DNA of 39,025 bases, taken from assembly GCA_013239625.1 (NCBI GenBank), contig MU053594.1, forward strand, positions 1,635,165 through 1,674,189. Reading direction: 5' to 3'. Both the position numbers and the translations under genes were made by a program. Origin of the DNA: Lama guanicoe (taxonomy: Eukaryota). Shown piece by piece: positions 22,957 through 35,694 of this stretch. Positions within the stretch are counted from its first letter, which is position 1. The number at the start of each line of letters is the position of its first letter. The notes under the pieces were generated by a model. It was not told the origin of the DNA. It saw nothing but the letters and a program-made list of their open reading frames with translations, and searched no databases.

Positions 22957-24619
22957 AACCCACATTGGGCGGCCACATGAAAAGGATGTCCCAACCTTCC
23001 TCCTCCCTCTGCTGGGGGTGCCGTATCTAGTCCCTCTTCTGTCTAGGGGATGAGGAGCCCTGAGACCAGACTTCTCTTCTTGTTTTGTTTCACTTCTTTA
23101 CCCACCAACCCAGACCACAAAGCGCCCTCAACACTTATTTCTGCCTAAAAAAAAGGAATAAAATCAATTTCCAATGAGGGGGGAGCTATGGATACTAACG
23201 TTGGAAAGAGGAACTTCAACCTCCCACTCAATGAGAAAGAGGTCTTTGAACACTCACCCTGAGATCGCTTTCCAGCTCTTAAATGCCAGCAATCCCTGCT
23301 TCTTGCCACAGTAACACGAGGCATTTTTGGAAGTTACGATGCAAAGCAAATCTTCATAAACTCCTGGTTTCCAGGCTTTGGATTTTAGGGATGCAGATAG
23401 GTGCCAATTTTTCCAGATAAGGCCAGTTTTTCCTTCTTTTGCCAAATAAGGACATTTTAAAAACTAAACAGATGAGTGGCAGGGGCATCTCCTATCTATA
23501 ATCTACAAGGACCATAATTTCATAAAAGAAAGGACATTTTAACAACAATATGTCAAAAAGTTGTAATGGTAGAATAAAAATCAGGCCTTTAAATTGAGTT
23601 CATTTTTGTATTTTAAAATCTCACCATTCTGCTCTCATTTCTCTCATTCCATGAAGACAAGTGAACACTGATCAAGACTGTCATCAGCCTGGAGTTTGGC
23701 AACAACTGACTCTAAGGCAGGGATTACATTCCCTTAAAGCCGTGTGACCTTGAGCAGGTTACTCAAGGTCCCCTAGTCCTCGTTCACTGACCAAGGATGC
23801 CAGTGAGGCCATGTGGGGTAGCACTGTGCCAACCCAAATGGGCTCTGGACACACAATTTAGGATTAAAGCCATAGATGTGACCAACAAGAAGTCTTGAGC
23901 AAAGATACAACCATTAACTCTTGCAATAGCAAACTTCTCTCCAAATTCTATAAAACCTAAATAGACTGGGAAGGCATCCCGAATGGACACACAAGGCATA
24001 TTAAAAATGAAACATATACCTTGACTTTGACCCACCTGAATCTAAAATGCTAAGTAGGAGCAAGCATGTATTGACTAGATAGGAGGGCAGTACCGTGGGG
24101 AAAACACCCAGCCAGGAGGAAGGAGGTGGCAGGGGCCGGGGGGTGGTGCCCCAACCCTGACTTTGCCATTAAGTGGATCCATAGCCTTAAGCAAGTTTAA
24201 TCTTTTTGTGTTCAGTCTTCTCAGACGTCAATGAGGGTGTTCAATTAAAATGATCTATTAGGGTCAGTTCAGCTGGAAAATTCTTAATACATACATAATA
24301 GTGTGTCATCTCTCTGAAAATGTACATGCCTCGGGGAATGAGAAGGGTGGTCTGCATCTTTGAAAGAGCTGACAGCTAGATTATCCTCTAAAGCATAAGG
24401 ACCCACACTACAGGATTCTAGAAAGCATAGCATCCACCACCCTGAACCAAAGAGCCAAAGAGTACACCCAGTCAGTCCCTAAATCAACATGAGTTGATTT
24501 AAGTGCCCCCTGGGAGCAAACAAATGAGAGTAACCCTCTCCGGGCCATTCCCTCTCCCTGGTGGCCCTTACTCTTCGATTTGCAACGTGACCTGCCTTCA
24601 GTGACTAAGAATCGTCACT

Positions 24620-24800
24620 TCCAGAGCACTGACATGGCCCGCATTCTCTTAAACCTTGACACACCCCTGCAAGGTTAGCATTATTTCCTCCATTATATGA
24701 CAAAGAGAACTGTAGCTCAGACAAGTCCAGTCCCAGGTTAAAACACAAGGGGCAGGATCCAAACGGAGGCCTCTGTGAGTCTGAAGCCGGCAATCTTTCC
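24620..24800 (-). mobile_element. MIR SINE
   Basis: Antisense MIR core (cccctgcaaggttagcattatttcctccattatatgacaaagagaactgtagctcag). Confidence 0.55.
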
Positions 24801-25164
24801 CCGTGTTGGCCGTGGTGCATCCTAGACACCTGGGACACACCCAGGAGACTGGGTCAGAAACCCCAAGGCCCTTCAGGCTGAGGATCCTTGCAGTCGCCAG
24901 TGGTCACTTTTAGTGAATTTCAGGGAACCTCCCCTTAGACGTGGACCTTGGAAGAGCAGCTGCCCTCTCCACTCTGACAGCTCTCCTTCCCAGAGAGGCC
25001 AGCGAGACTTGGACTCTCTACAGCATGAAGAGTTTCAGCAGATACGCTCTAACAGACTGGCAAGTTTGTGGTGCACGGTACAGTCTTAGAACCCAGCTTC
25101 TCCATCTTTAACAATTAGTCTGGAGTTCAGTTCCCACCTGTTTTACACACATGGGCTACTAAAC

Positions 25165-25320
25165 CTTTGCTCTTCAAGGTTCCAGCATCTTGGCGGTTAC
25201 CTGGGAGACTGTTAGAAATGAGGAATCTCTGGCACCACCCCAGACCCCCTGAATCAGAAACTGCATGTTAGCAAGATGCTCTAGGTGATTTGAACACACA
25301 TTAAAGTTTAAAAAGCACAG
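25165..25320. mobile_element. MER5A-like DNA transposon
   Basis: acctgggagactgttagaaatg...ccccagaccccctgaatcagaaactgcat...caagatgctctaggtgatt...cattaaagttt. Confidence 0.75.
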
Positions 25321-27291
25321 TTCTAGAAACCTATGGAGCTCTTTAAAAGTGTGCATTGCCAGGAACCAGAGTTCAAAATTACAGAGAAAGGGGTAGAGGA
25401 GAAGGAAGCCCAAACGTGTGTATTAAAAAAAAACCAAAAACTAGTTTTCTTGTAGTCCCTGTCCTCAAGAAAAATCAAGTCCTTTCTGGCTGGAATCAAA
25501 GAACAACTTTGTTTTATCAGCAGCTGTCTCTGTTAGCCAGCAGACACCTCCGTCTTCCCCAGAGACGATGTTGATGGCTTCCTACAGTCCCTTTCTTGGG
25601 CTGAGCACCACATTGCAATGAATGAATGGGAGAATTCTGCTTAAATCAGAGTTTTCCCCTCTGAGTTGTTCCCCATTCCCCCGATCTTCTGCCCTCGATT
25701 CATAGGGAGGTTTGGACTATTGTCTCCATGTCATTTGCAGGACTCCTGTATTGTTTTTTCTCCTGATCCACTGCCTTGGTCTGGTATGAAGGAAGGAAGC
25801 AAGGAAGAGAAGGAAGGAGGGAGGGAGGGAAGGAGGAAAGAAAGAAACAAAGTAACATCTGTAATATGCCTACTATGTACCAGACCCTCCCATCCCCAAA
25901 ACAGTTTACATATACTTCCTGTTTAATACATATAAAAGCATGTAAGATTCTAAACAGGATCTAAATACTCATGTTCTGCTCCATTCTTTCTACTAGCCCA
26001 ACTTGCCTACACAGAATACTATATAAATTTAAATTTTTACTGAGATGCAATTCGCATACCATAAAATTCAATGCAGTGATTTTTAGTATAGTCTCAAGAT
26101 GAGGAGACTAACACCATTATGTAATTCCAGAATATTTTCATCAACCTGAGGAGAAACTCCAAGCCAATTAGCAGACACTTTCCATTTTCCTTGTCCCCCA
26201 GGTCCCTGGTAATCACTTTCTATCTCTATGTGTCTGCCTATTCTGGATATTTCATATAAACGAAATCATACGGTATGTATCTTTTGTGTCTGGCTTCTTT
26301 CACTTAGCATAATGTTTTCAAGGTTCACCCATGTTGTTGCATCCATTGGCACCTTTTTATAGTTGAATAATATCCCATTGTATGGATATATCACATTTTT
26401 AACTCCTTCATGAGTTGATGGACATTTGGAATGTTCCCACATATGTTGCCTATTACAAATAAGGCTCCTATAAACATTTATGTGAACATTTTTGTGTAGA
26501 TAATGTCTTCAATTATCTTGAGTATATACCTAGAAGTGGAGCTGCTAGGTCACATAAGAGCAACTCTGTTTAAATTTTTTAAGAAATGCCAAACTGTTAT
26601 CCGAAGTGGCAGCATTCTTTTACATTCCCACCTGCAATGCACAAGAGTTCCAGTTTCTCCGTATCCTGGCCAATACTTGCTATCATCTTGCATTCTGATC
26701 TTAGCCACCCAAGCGGCTGTGAGGTAGCATCTCTACACAGTGATATCACTTTGTAGTTTTGATTTGCATTTTCCTAATGACTAATAATGTTGAGTCTTTT
26801 CATGTGCTTATTTACCATTTTTTTGAAAGCTACATCATATTCATATTATACTTCTTTACCATTTATTGTTAAGTTGTAAGTGTTCTTTGTATATTCTGGC
26901 CCTTCTCAGAAATATAATTTGCAAATATTTTTGCCCATTATTTGGGTTATTTTTTCACTTTGATAGTTGTCCTTTGAAGAACAGAAGATTTTAGTTTCGA
27001 TAAAGTCCAACTTACCTATTTTTCCTTTGGTTGCTTTTGTTTTATGCATTATACCTATAAAACTGTTGCTTAATCCAAAGCCATGAAGATTTATACTTAT
27101 GTTTTTGCTAGGGTTTTAAAGGATTTAGGTCATTGATCCACCTTGAGCTAATTTTTTTACGGTGTGACAGAGGGGTACACTTTCACTCTTTTGCATGGGA
27201 GTATCCTGTTTTCCCAGCACCATTTGTTGAAAAGACTGTTTCTCCCTGATTGAACTATCTTGGCACCCTTGTCAAAAATCAGTTGATCATA

Positions 27292-27739
27292 GAGTAATCT
27301 ATAAAAACACTGAATCACTATGTTGTACACTTGAAACTAGTATAACTTACTAGTATAACTAGTAAGTCAATTATACATCAATTTTTTTAAATAGTATTTT
27401 TCAGAAGAATATATGATGGGTAGAAGAAGTTACAAGTTTCAAGCCAAAGTGGAGTATGACAGTGTTTCCAAGCATACAAATTTATGATTTCATAAGAATT
27501 CCTAATTTCATAAAAGGAGTCATTGGACCAATATAGTAGCAAATTCTTTTAATTCTAGCATTCAAATTAAATTTCACTCCCTTTTGGAGCAACCTGAATC
27601 AAAAACACTCTAGAAGATATGTTCAGAAAACTTCATTTCTTCAGAGTCATTGGAAAAATTTGTTTAATCTCATATGAATATCCTTGCAACAGAGGTTTAA
27701 TCTTTATGTAATAAAATTTATCTTTAAATAACAAAAAAA
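27292..27739 (+). mobile_element. Short L1 3' end plus ~340 bp non-L1 sequence (probable 3' transduction)
   Basis: TSD (aaaaa)cagttgatcata at 27280-27291 / 27740-27751. L1 tail ctgaatcactatgttgtacacttgaaact...gtcaattatacatcaat, then non-L1-looking AT-rich DNA, AATAAA at 27710-27715 and an A tail. Confidence 0.75.
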
Positions 27740-27832
27740 CAGTTGATCATAAATATATCAGTTTACTTCTGGCCTTGCAGCTCTGTTTCATTGATCTACA
27801 TGTCTATCTTGATGGCAGTACCACAATATCTT

Positions 27833-30800
27833 TTTTTTAAAATTAAGGTATATTCGATTTACAATTAGTTTCAGGTGTACAACATAGTGATTCACAGTTT
27901 TTTTACATTATACTCCATTTAAAGCTATTATAAAGTATTGGTTTATTCCCTATGCTATATAGTGTGTCCCTGTAGCTTATTTATTTTATACATAGTAGTT
28001 TGTACCTCTTAATCCCTTACCCCTATCTTGCCCCTCCCCTCCCCCTCTCCCCACTGATAACTTACTACTTTATTCTCTATAATCTGTCAGTCTGCTATAC
28101 TCATTCATTTGGTTTTTTTTTCAAGTTCTGCATGTAAGTGATAACATATAGTGTTTGTCTTTCTGTGACTTATTTCACTAACCATAATGAGGTCCATGAT
28201 GTTGTTGCAAATGGCAACATTTCATCCTTTTTATGGCTAAGTAGTATTCCATTGTGTATATACACCTCATCTTCTTTATCAATTAATCTGTTCATGGACA
28301 CTTAGGTTGCTTCAGAGTCTTGGCTATTGTAAACAATGCTGCTATGAACATTGGGGTGTACGTATCCTTACAAACTAGTGTTTGGGGGCTTTTTGGATAT
28401 ATACCCAGGAGTGGAATTCCTGGGTCATATGGTAGTTCTATTTTCAGTTTTTTCAGAAACTTTTGTACTGTTTTCCACTGTGGCTACACCAATTTACATT
28501 TCTGTCAACAGTGTACAGGAGTTCCCTTTTCTCCACATCCTCGTCAACATTTGTTATTTGTGGTCATTTTGATGACAGCCATTCTGTCAGGTGTGAGGCA
28601 ATATCTCATTGAGCTTTTGATTTGCATTTCTCTGATCAGCAATGTTGAGCATCTTTTCATTTGCCTGTCAGCCATCTGTATGTCTTCTTTGGGAAAATGC
28701 CCACTCAGGTCCTCTGCGCATTTTTTCATTGAGTTGCTGTTTTTTCTGATCTTGCATTTTTTATCAATTTTTCATTTTTTTCAATTTTTTCATCAATGTC
28801 TTATAGTTTTCTGAGTACAGTTCTTTTACTTCCTTAGTTATTTTATTCCCAGGTATTTTATTCTTTTTGATGTGATTATGAATGGGATTGCTTTCTTAAT
28901 TTCTCTCTCTGACACTTCATTATTAGTGTACAGAAATGTGACAGATTTCTGTATATTAATTTGTATCCTGCAAATTTGCTGAATTCATTGATGAGCTCTA
29001 GTAGTTTTCTGGTGACACCTTTAGGATTTTCTATGTGGAATATCATATTATTGACAAACATGATACTATACATAGTGAGTATTACTTCTTCCCTTCTGAT
29101 TTGAATTTCTTTTTCTTCTCTGATTTCTGGGGCCAGGACTTCCAATACAATGTTGAACAAAAACGGTGAGAACGGACATTATTGTCTTGTTCCTGATCTT
29201 GGAGGAAGTGCTTTCAGCTTTTCACCATTAAGTGTGATACTAGCTGTGGGGTCTCATATATGATCTTTATTATGTTGAAGAATGATTCCTCCATATCCAC
29301 TTTGTGGAGAGTTTTTATCACACATCAATGCTGAATTTTTTTCAAAAGCTTTTTTGTTACCTATTGAGATGATTACATGATTTTTATTCTTCAATTTTTT
29401 TAACTTTTTTTCATGAGTTATAGTCATTTTACAATGTTGTGTCACATTCCAGTGTACAGCTTCAGTTTTTTAATGTGCTGTATCACATGGATTGATTTGC
29501 CAATATTGAATCCTCTTTGCATCCCTGGAATGAATTCCACTTCACTATGGTGTGCGATCCTTCTAATGTATTGTTGCATCTGGTTTCCTAAACATTTGTT
29601 GAGGATTTTTGCATCTATGTTCATCAGCGATATTGGCCAGTACTTCTCTTTTTCTGTGATATCTTCAGCACGTTTTGGTATCGGGGTAATGCTGGGCTTG
29701 TCGAATGAATTAAGAAGCATGCCTTTCTATGCATTTTTTGGAATTATTTAAGAATGATCTAAGTGTGAACTCTTCTCCAAATGTATGGTAGAATTCACCA
29801 GTGAAGCCATCTGGTCTTGCACTATTTTGTTAGGAGTTTTTTTTTTTTCTTAATTCCTGATTCAATTTCATTACTTGTAATTTGTCTATTCATGTTTCCT
29901 ATTTCATCTTGGTTCAAGCTTGGGAGACTCTACATTTTGGAATTTGTCCATTTCTTCTAGGTTGCCCATTTTATTGGCATGTGGGTATTTGTAGTGATAT
30001 CTTGGGATCATTTGTATTTCTGTGGTGTTGGTTGTAATTTCTTTTTCATTTCTGATTTTATTGCCTTGGGTCCTTTCTTGTGTCCTGAGATCTCTGGCTG
30101 CACAGCCCTGGGCTTCCCAGCGCCTGTCCAGTGACCTGTAGGGCCAGGTCCTGGACCCTCTGGTGGACAGAGCCCTGTCCAGGAATGGCTGTGGGCTCTG
30201 AAGGTCTTAAAGAAGTCTGCCTGCTGGTAGGTGGGGCTGTGCCCCCACCTAGGTAGTTGCCTGGCCTGAGGTGTCCCAGGATTGGTGCAAAAGGCTGCTG
30301 GGTAGACTCAGGTCCTGGCATTAACAAGCTAGAGGGAGGATTCCACAAGGGTGTCGGCCAGTACCAATGTCCACATGGCAGAGCAAGCTCCCAGAAATGG
30401 CTTCGGCCAGTATCTGCCCCCAGAACGGACTCCAGTTGCCTCCTGCCTCTCCAGGAGTCTCTCCAAGATCACTGGGTGGATCTGACCCATTCCTTTCAAA
30501 TCACTGCTTCTGCCCTGGGTCCTGGAGCATGTGAGATTTTGTGTGCACCCTTTCGGAGTGGACTCTCTATTTCCCCTAGCCCTCTTGCTCTCCTCACAGT
30601 AAGCCCTGCTGGCCTTCAAAGCCAAATGTTCTGAGGGCTTGTCTTCCCAGTGCAAGACTTCCAGGCTGGGGAGCCCAAAGTGTGGCTCAGACCCCTCACT
30701 CCTTGAGGAGATCTGCAATTGTCGTTATTCACTCTGGGGCAAGGGTCTTCACGACTCCTCCCCTCCAACTCATCTCCTTGTGGCTCCTTCTTTATATCGT

Positions 30801-30926
30801 TAGTTGTGGGAGATCTTTTCCAGTAGCGTTCAGTCTTTCTCATCAATAATTACTCTGTACATAGCTGTAATCTTGGTGTGCCCGGGAGAAGATGTGAGCA
30901 AATTGCCCTTCTACTCCGCAATCTTT
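27833..30926 (-). mobile_element. Internally deleted L1: 5'UTR (~30080-30926) joined to mid-ORF2, RT remnants and 3'UTR; ORF1/EN absent
   Basis: ORF2 peptides [41 protein letters not shown] and [19 protein letters not shown] lie in broken frames. L1 head aagattgcggagtagaagg at ~30926 and a T-tract at 27831. Confidence 0.85.
29404..29459 (-). mobile_element. Very short young L1 3' end nested in the L1 ORF2
   Basis: gagttatagtcattttacaatgttgtgtcacattccagtgtacag, flanked by a cttca(a/g)tttttt...aa duplication. Confidence 0.7.
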
Positions 30927-32919
30927 CTACGCTGTCTTGATTACAGTAGCTTTGCAGTAAGTTTTGAAATTTGCAAGTGTGAGTCCTCCAGGTTTGTTGT
31001 TGTTTCAAGATCATTTTGGCTATTATGAGTCCTTTGTTGGAGTTTTCAGTATACAAGTCTTGCACTTGTTTTGTTACACTGACTCACTGTCTTTACTGAA
31101 TATTTTCAAGTTTACTGATACTTTCTTCAGCCACTTCAAATCTGTTGTTAAAGTCTGTTAATTCCTTCTAGTCAACTTTTCATCTCAGTTATAGTTTTCA
31201 ACTACAAATTTGCTGTTTGGTCCTTTTTCTCATTTCTGTTTCTTTACTGATACTCTTTACTTGGTAAGACATCATTCTGATACTTTCCTTTCATCCTTTA
31301 AGCATGGCTTCTTCTAGTTTTTTGAGCATATTTATAATAATTCAGCTAAAGGTTTTTCTAGTAAGTCCAAGATCTGGAGTTCCTCTGGGACAGTTTCTAC
31401 TGACCAAGAGTTTTTTCCTGTACACAGACCATACTTTCGTATTTCTTGTGCGTCTTATAATTTTTATTGAGTATCGAACATTTGAAAAATACAATGTGAT
31501 CACTCTGCACACCAGATTCCCTTCCCCCCAGGGTTGGCTGTAGTTTCCACTGGTTATTATTGCTTGTTGTTGCTGCTACTGCTGTCTGTTCAGTAAACTT
31601 TATGAATTAGTTGTCTGAAGTCAATATTCCTTATCATGTGTGGCCACTGAAGTATAGCTTAGTGGCCAGCTAATGAATAATCAGAGATTTCCTAAATGCC
31701 TTGAATCAATAAGTCTCCCAACATTTGCCACGTTCCTCTCTGTGTGTATTGTGGGGCATGCCATCCCTTGTCACATAGGCAATTTAAAACTCTGTCTTAG
31801 CCTACATTTTTAACTTGCATAGCTCAGAAAGGTAGCCAGACATGAGACATAAGTGCTTCTCAGGTCTTTTCTGGGCATGTGTAGAGCCCCGTACATGCAC
31901 ATGGCCTTTCAGATTCCCAGGAATTTGTCAGAGCATTCCAAACCTCCCAACCAAGATCTCATTCCCCAGTGTTTCCTTTTACATTTTTTGTTAGTCCCAG
32001 TTGCAACCACTGCTTCAGGCAGATGCACTGTTAAAAACTCCTCACTGATTATTTTCAACAAATACCCTAGCAATAAGTCTGTTTGCAAAGAACAAGTTCT
32101 GAAAGCAATTTGTGGACAGGTCACATAGTGACAATTGTCTGGAAATGAGGCTTCGGGGCGAGCTCCAAACCCATTCTGTCCCTTTCCTTTTGGCTGCTAC
32201 TTTGCTGGTCTTCATGGCTACCAGAGTTGCAAGGTTGTTGCTTCCTAAAGCTGCTTGAAGAGCTGGGGTGACAGGGATGGGGACAGGGCTAGTTAGAACG
32301 TCACGATGTTCACTGTGCTCAGTCAGATCCAGCAGATTTTCTTAAACATGTTTCTTAAGAGGTCCTTACTCCCTTTTATAGAAATGCTTCTCTTGAAGAA
32401 CAAGTTTAAATATCCTTTTGATTCAATTCTACATGTTTCTGTCTTCTTTCTATTCAGAAAATAGAACACTTTTTCCTCTTTTCTCCTTCAGTGAGTGGAT
32501 TAAAATCACAGAAGAGATATGAGAAAATACACTTTCTGATTTTTTCCAGTAGTTTCTTTGTGTTATGGTGTTTATAGAGGAAATTGTCAGGCAGGAGTAA
32601 GATGGATCAAAGTCATTTCTTTCCAAGGAAATAAATATCAATTGAGAACTACAATCTTTCCAGCTTGGTGCTAGTCATAAAATTATCCAGGTTAGGGGAC
32701 ATGTTCGATTAAGAAGAGCTGGAAAAGGATATATAATGTTCCATGAGAACAAGGGCTTTTATGCCTGAGTTTCCCAAAGGGAAAAGAGTGGAGACTCTAA
32801 GCAGGCCAGGTATGAGATGATTACTCAACTCTGGATTTCACTTTGCCGGCATTCACCATTCTCATGGCGTTCTTCAAATATCAAACGCTGAGGTGACGGA
32901 CATGCAAAATACGTCCATG

Positions 32920-33163
32920 ACCAGTACATTCCCTGTCCTGGGCCAACCTGGAACTGATAAAGGATCATGGTGACAGATACTGGGAGATTCATTCCTAGTG
33001 ATAACTTAGGCCAAATTCCAGAAGCCAGTTCATTTTAGGGAGGAGTGCAAGGGAGATTTGCCTGTATGATGTCACCCAGAAGATCCAGCCCAGAGCATAT
33101 AAACAGGTGAGCTGTAGACCTTACCCAGTCCCAGGTCCAGCAGTTTCCAAACAGACCAAGACC
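32920..33163 (+). promoter_or_regulatory. Proximal promoter/5'UTR of the PLET1-family gene
   Basis: TATAAA at 33098-33103, 60 nt before the ATG. CRE/ATF-like TGATGTCA at 33067-33074. TGATAA (GATA) at 32955-32960 and 32999-33004. CATTCC (TEAD/MCAT) at 32927-32932 and 32990-32995. Confidence 0.65.
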
Positions 33164-33347
33164 ATGGCAGTCCTTGGTTCCCCACTGCTGCCCCTGGTGC
33201 TGTCTCTGTGCCTCGGACTGCTGGTTCCTTCGGCCAAGTGTCAGTATCCTATCGGCAAATGCATAACACTGAGTAACATCATCGCTGCCACTGATGGGGG
33301 AGTCCAGGCCAACCCAGACATCTATGAAAATGACACAATGTACACAG
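33164..33347 (+). CDS. PLET1: PLET1-family protein (placenta-expressed transcript 1 or paralogue), coding exon 1
   Basis: Kozak accATGg, signal peptide MAVLGSPLLPLVLSLCLGLLVPSAKC, then QYPIGKCITLSNIIAATDGGVQANPDIYENDTMYT. Donor ACAG|gtgagt (184 nt, phase 1). It resembles recalled PLET1 (MAV..signal..C..IYE.N..Y[ST]V). Orthologue versus paralogue is unresolved. Confidence 0.85.
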
Positions 33348-33774
33348 GTGAGTAGAAGCCATCTTCTCTGCTGTCCTTGGTTCTCTGAGGTGAGGTAGCC
33401 AGAATTCTGGAACGTATCCCCTTCTATCGCTGCTTTCAACTACACAAGCAAAGCATGTATTTTTACATGCATGGGACATAGAAACAGGGAGAATGAGAAC
33501 ATAGAAGAGAATGGGTGGGCTGGGATAGCCTCTGCATGTTCCCCGTGTGACCTTGAGTATGTCCCAGATCTCACTGTAGCTGAGTCCCAGTGAGGGCACA
33601 ACTGCGGCAAATTCTCACTTCAATATGTTGGGCGTTCTCCAAAAAAACATTACAACAGCCTGTGTCGGGCAGGGATTGGGGTCATCTGTGTTATTTTCAG
33701 GGATAATAAATGCACCGCAGTTGGTAGCTCTTTCCCATCCACTTGATAGGCAGTACCACCATGGATGACTGTAT

Positions 33775-34470
33775 ACTGCTCAACATTAGGAGGCACTGCT
33801 CACATTTAGGCTATGGGTGAAAAATCTGGTGAGCTAGACAGGGAGGGAATTACTCTCCCAACGCAAGTATGAGCCTGAAGCTGAGAGAAGTGAAATGAGT
33901 TTCCCGGGGTCTCACGGCTCGTAAGCAGCAGAGCTGGCTGGCTCACAGATCTTACTCGTTATGTTCCTAATCCGGTGCTTTTTTGAGGTGCTTAGAAATA
34001 TTTTATGAATATTCCTTTGGGATCAGTCAAGCCTACATGTCAAGGCAAGTGCTGTCTAATGACTTTCTTAATAACAACAAATTTAATGTGGCTGTTTACA
34101 GGGACTAGTGCATTGAGTCCTCCTCGACCTTCAAGGTAGATAATGTTGTCATTCCCAGTTTGTAGATGAGAAAACACAGGCACAGCTGTTAGTAACTTGC
34201 TAGGTCACAGCTACTTGAGTGATGGACCAGACCCTCAGAGACCCTGCTCGTGGCCAAGACACGATTTGCGTCTCAATTACAGTAATGAGAACTAAGATTT
34301 CTTACTGTGCTGTGGGCTGATCCAAGGGCAAATGCTATTGTCTGCCCCATTTTGCAGGTAAGAACTGAGGCACAGGGAAGTTAATGTTTTACCCAAGGTC
34401 ACTAGCAGTTAGCAGCTAATATTGGAACCTAAAACACACCCAAGGTTTGTCCAGCTTTATCCAGCCAGGC
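33775..34470 (-). mobile_element. Cluster of MIR fragments in intron 1
   Basis: Three antisense MIR cores, e.g. cccagtttgtagatgagaaaacacaggcacag and ccccattttgcaggtaagaactgaggcacagggaagttaa. Confidence 0.65.
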
Positions 34471-35694
34471 TGTCCAGCTTCAGAGCCTCCCTTCTCATCT
34501 GCCATATTACCCTGTCGGGCTTAGAACTCAGAGAACTTCAGGATGACATCCACACCCAGGCTCTACACACTGCAGGCTTCAGCATAAGCATGGCTATGGC
34601 CTGCCTTCGCACACTCATCCTGGCTTGTCCAGGTTTCCATTTTCTCGTGGGGACTGTCACTAAGTGTCTCAGTTGGGATGGGGCTCCCTATGTCCCACTC
34701 CTGCAGACAGTGGGTCCTGTCCTAACCAGGACAGGGAAGATAAACTTGTAATTCAAGATGAGGACCATCTTGTATGATCTTGTATACAGGGAAGGACCTG
34801 GGTGGTCTGAGGGACTACTGCAAAAGACACCTCAGACCTCTGACTTAAGATAACATATCACTAAGTGATGGATTTTGTGGCTGAAATGGAAGAGAAAGAA
34901 ACCTATCTTGGGAAGATGTGGGAGGGGGGGCAGTGGAGCCTCTTTACAGTAGGAAGACATGAGAAAGAAGAATCAAAAGCCAACACACCAGACCCCTCGA
35001 GGGGACCGTGCTAGATGAGAAGAGAAATCACGCCATTTACACAGGGGTTGATTGCAGCAGAGTTTCAGGAAGGGGAAGGAGGAGAGGAACCATGGTTCAC
35101 TGAATGGCTACTATGTGCCATGCACTCCCCGAAACCTCATTTGCCTTCATCTCAGAAAGAAATGTGCTAACGCTCTGGGATAAACTGATTTGCTACAGGA
35201 ATCATTTAGTTGAGACTCAAAATACTGTATTCTGGGTGATGGGAAGGGCCAGATCCCACACCTGGAATTACACAACAGGCTACATGATTTCCTGGCAGAC
35301 TGTCATTATCGGACCCGGCTGAGACTCGGACTATTGCAGAGACTGAGTAAATGCCCACACAGCCCAACCACTTCCCCTGATTTTAATGTTGAATTTTTTT
35401 TTAATTTCAGGATTTGTCTTATCATGGTATAAACAACATGTATAAATGGCTTGGCAGTTTCCAAGACACAAGAGCAGCTCAGGCAATATCTTAGAACAGG
35501 TTCTCTGGGTATGCCTTGGTATCAGTCAAAGAAACTCGTAATGCAGTAGCATTCCTATTACAGCTGTGCCGGGTAAGCGCCTGCCTCCACTGTTTAACTT
35601 CCATGGGCAAGAGAAATGTAACTTGCTTGCCCTTCTCCCTGAAACCTCATATTTAAGGCACTAAGCAACATCGGATGCACAACCTTTTTTTCTT

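Larger units (their letters stand above)
26025..32350 (-). mobile_element. Old L1 (L1MB/L1M4-like) serving as host for nested insertions at 27292-27739 and 27833-30926
   Basis: Antisense L1 3'UTR/ORF2 from ~26025. The host sequence reads through across both inserts (cagttgatcata|aatat; gtaccacaatatctt|gattacagtagctttg). ORF1/5'-like degenerate sequence follows from ~31085. The right boundary is approximate. Confidence 0.7.

Noticed and set aside
24480..24501. Hairpin taaatcaac-atga-gttgattta
   Set aside because: A 9-bp AT-rich stem is within chance expectation, and there is no supporting context.
28320..29751. ORFs with reverse-transcriptase motifs as an active RT system
   Set aside because: Fragmented L1 ORF2 with frameshifts, stops, deletions and a nested insertion; an ordinary dead LINE.
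33107..33163. N-terminal extension shown in the ORF track (start 33107)
   Set aside because: It begins at a GTG 4 nt after the TATA box, upstream of the expected TSS. The ATG at 33164 has ideal Kozak context and starts the signal peptide.
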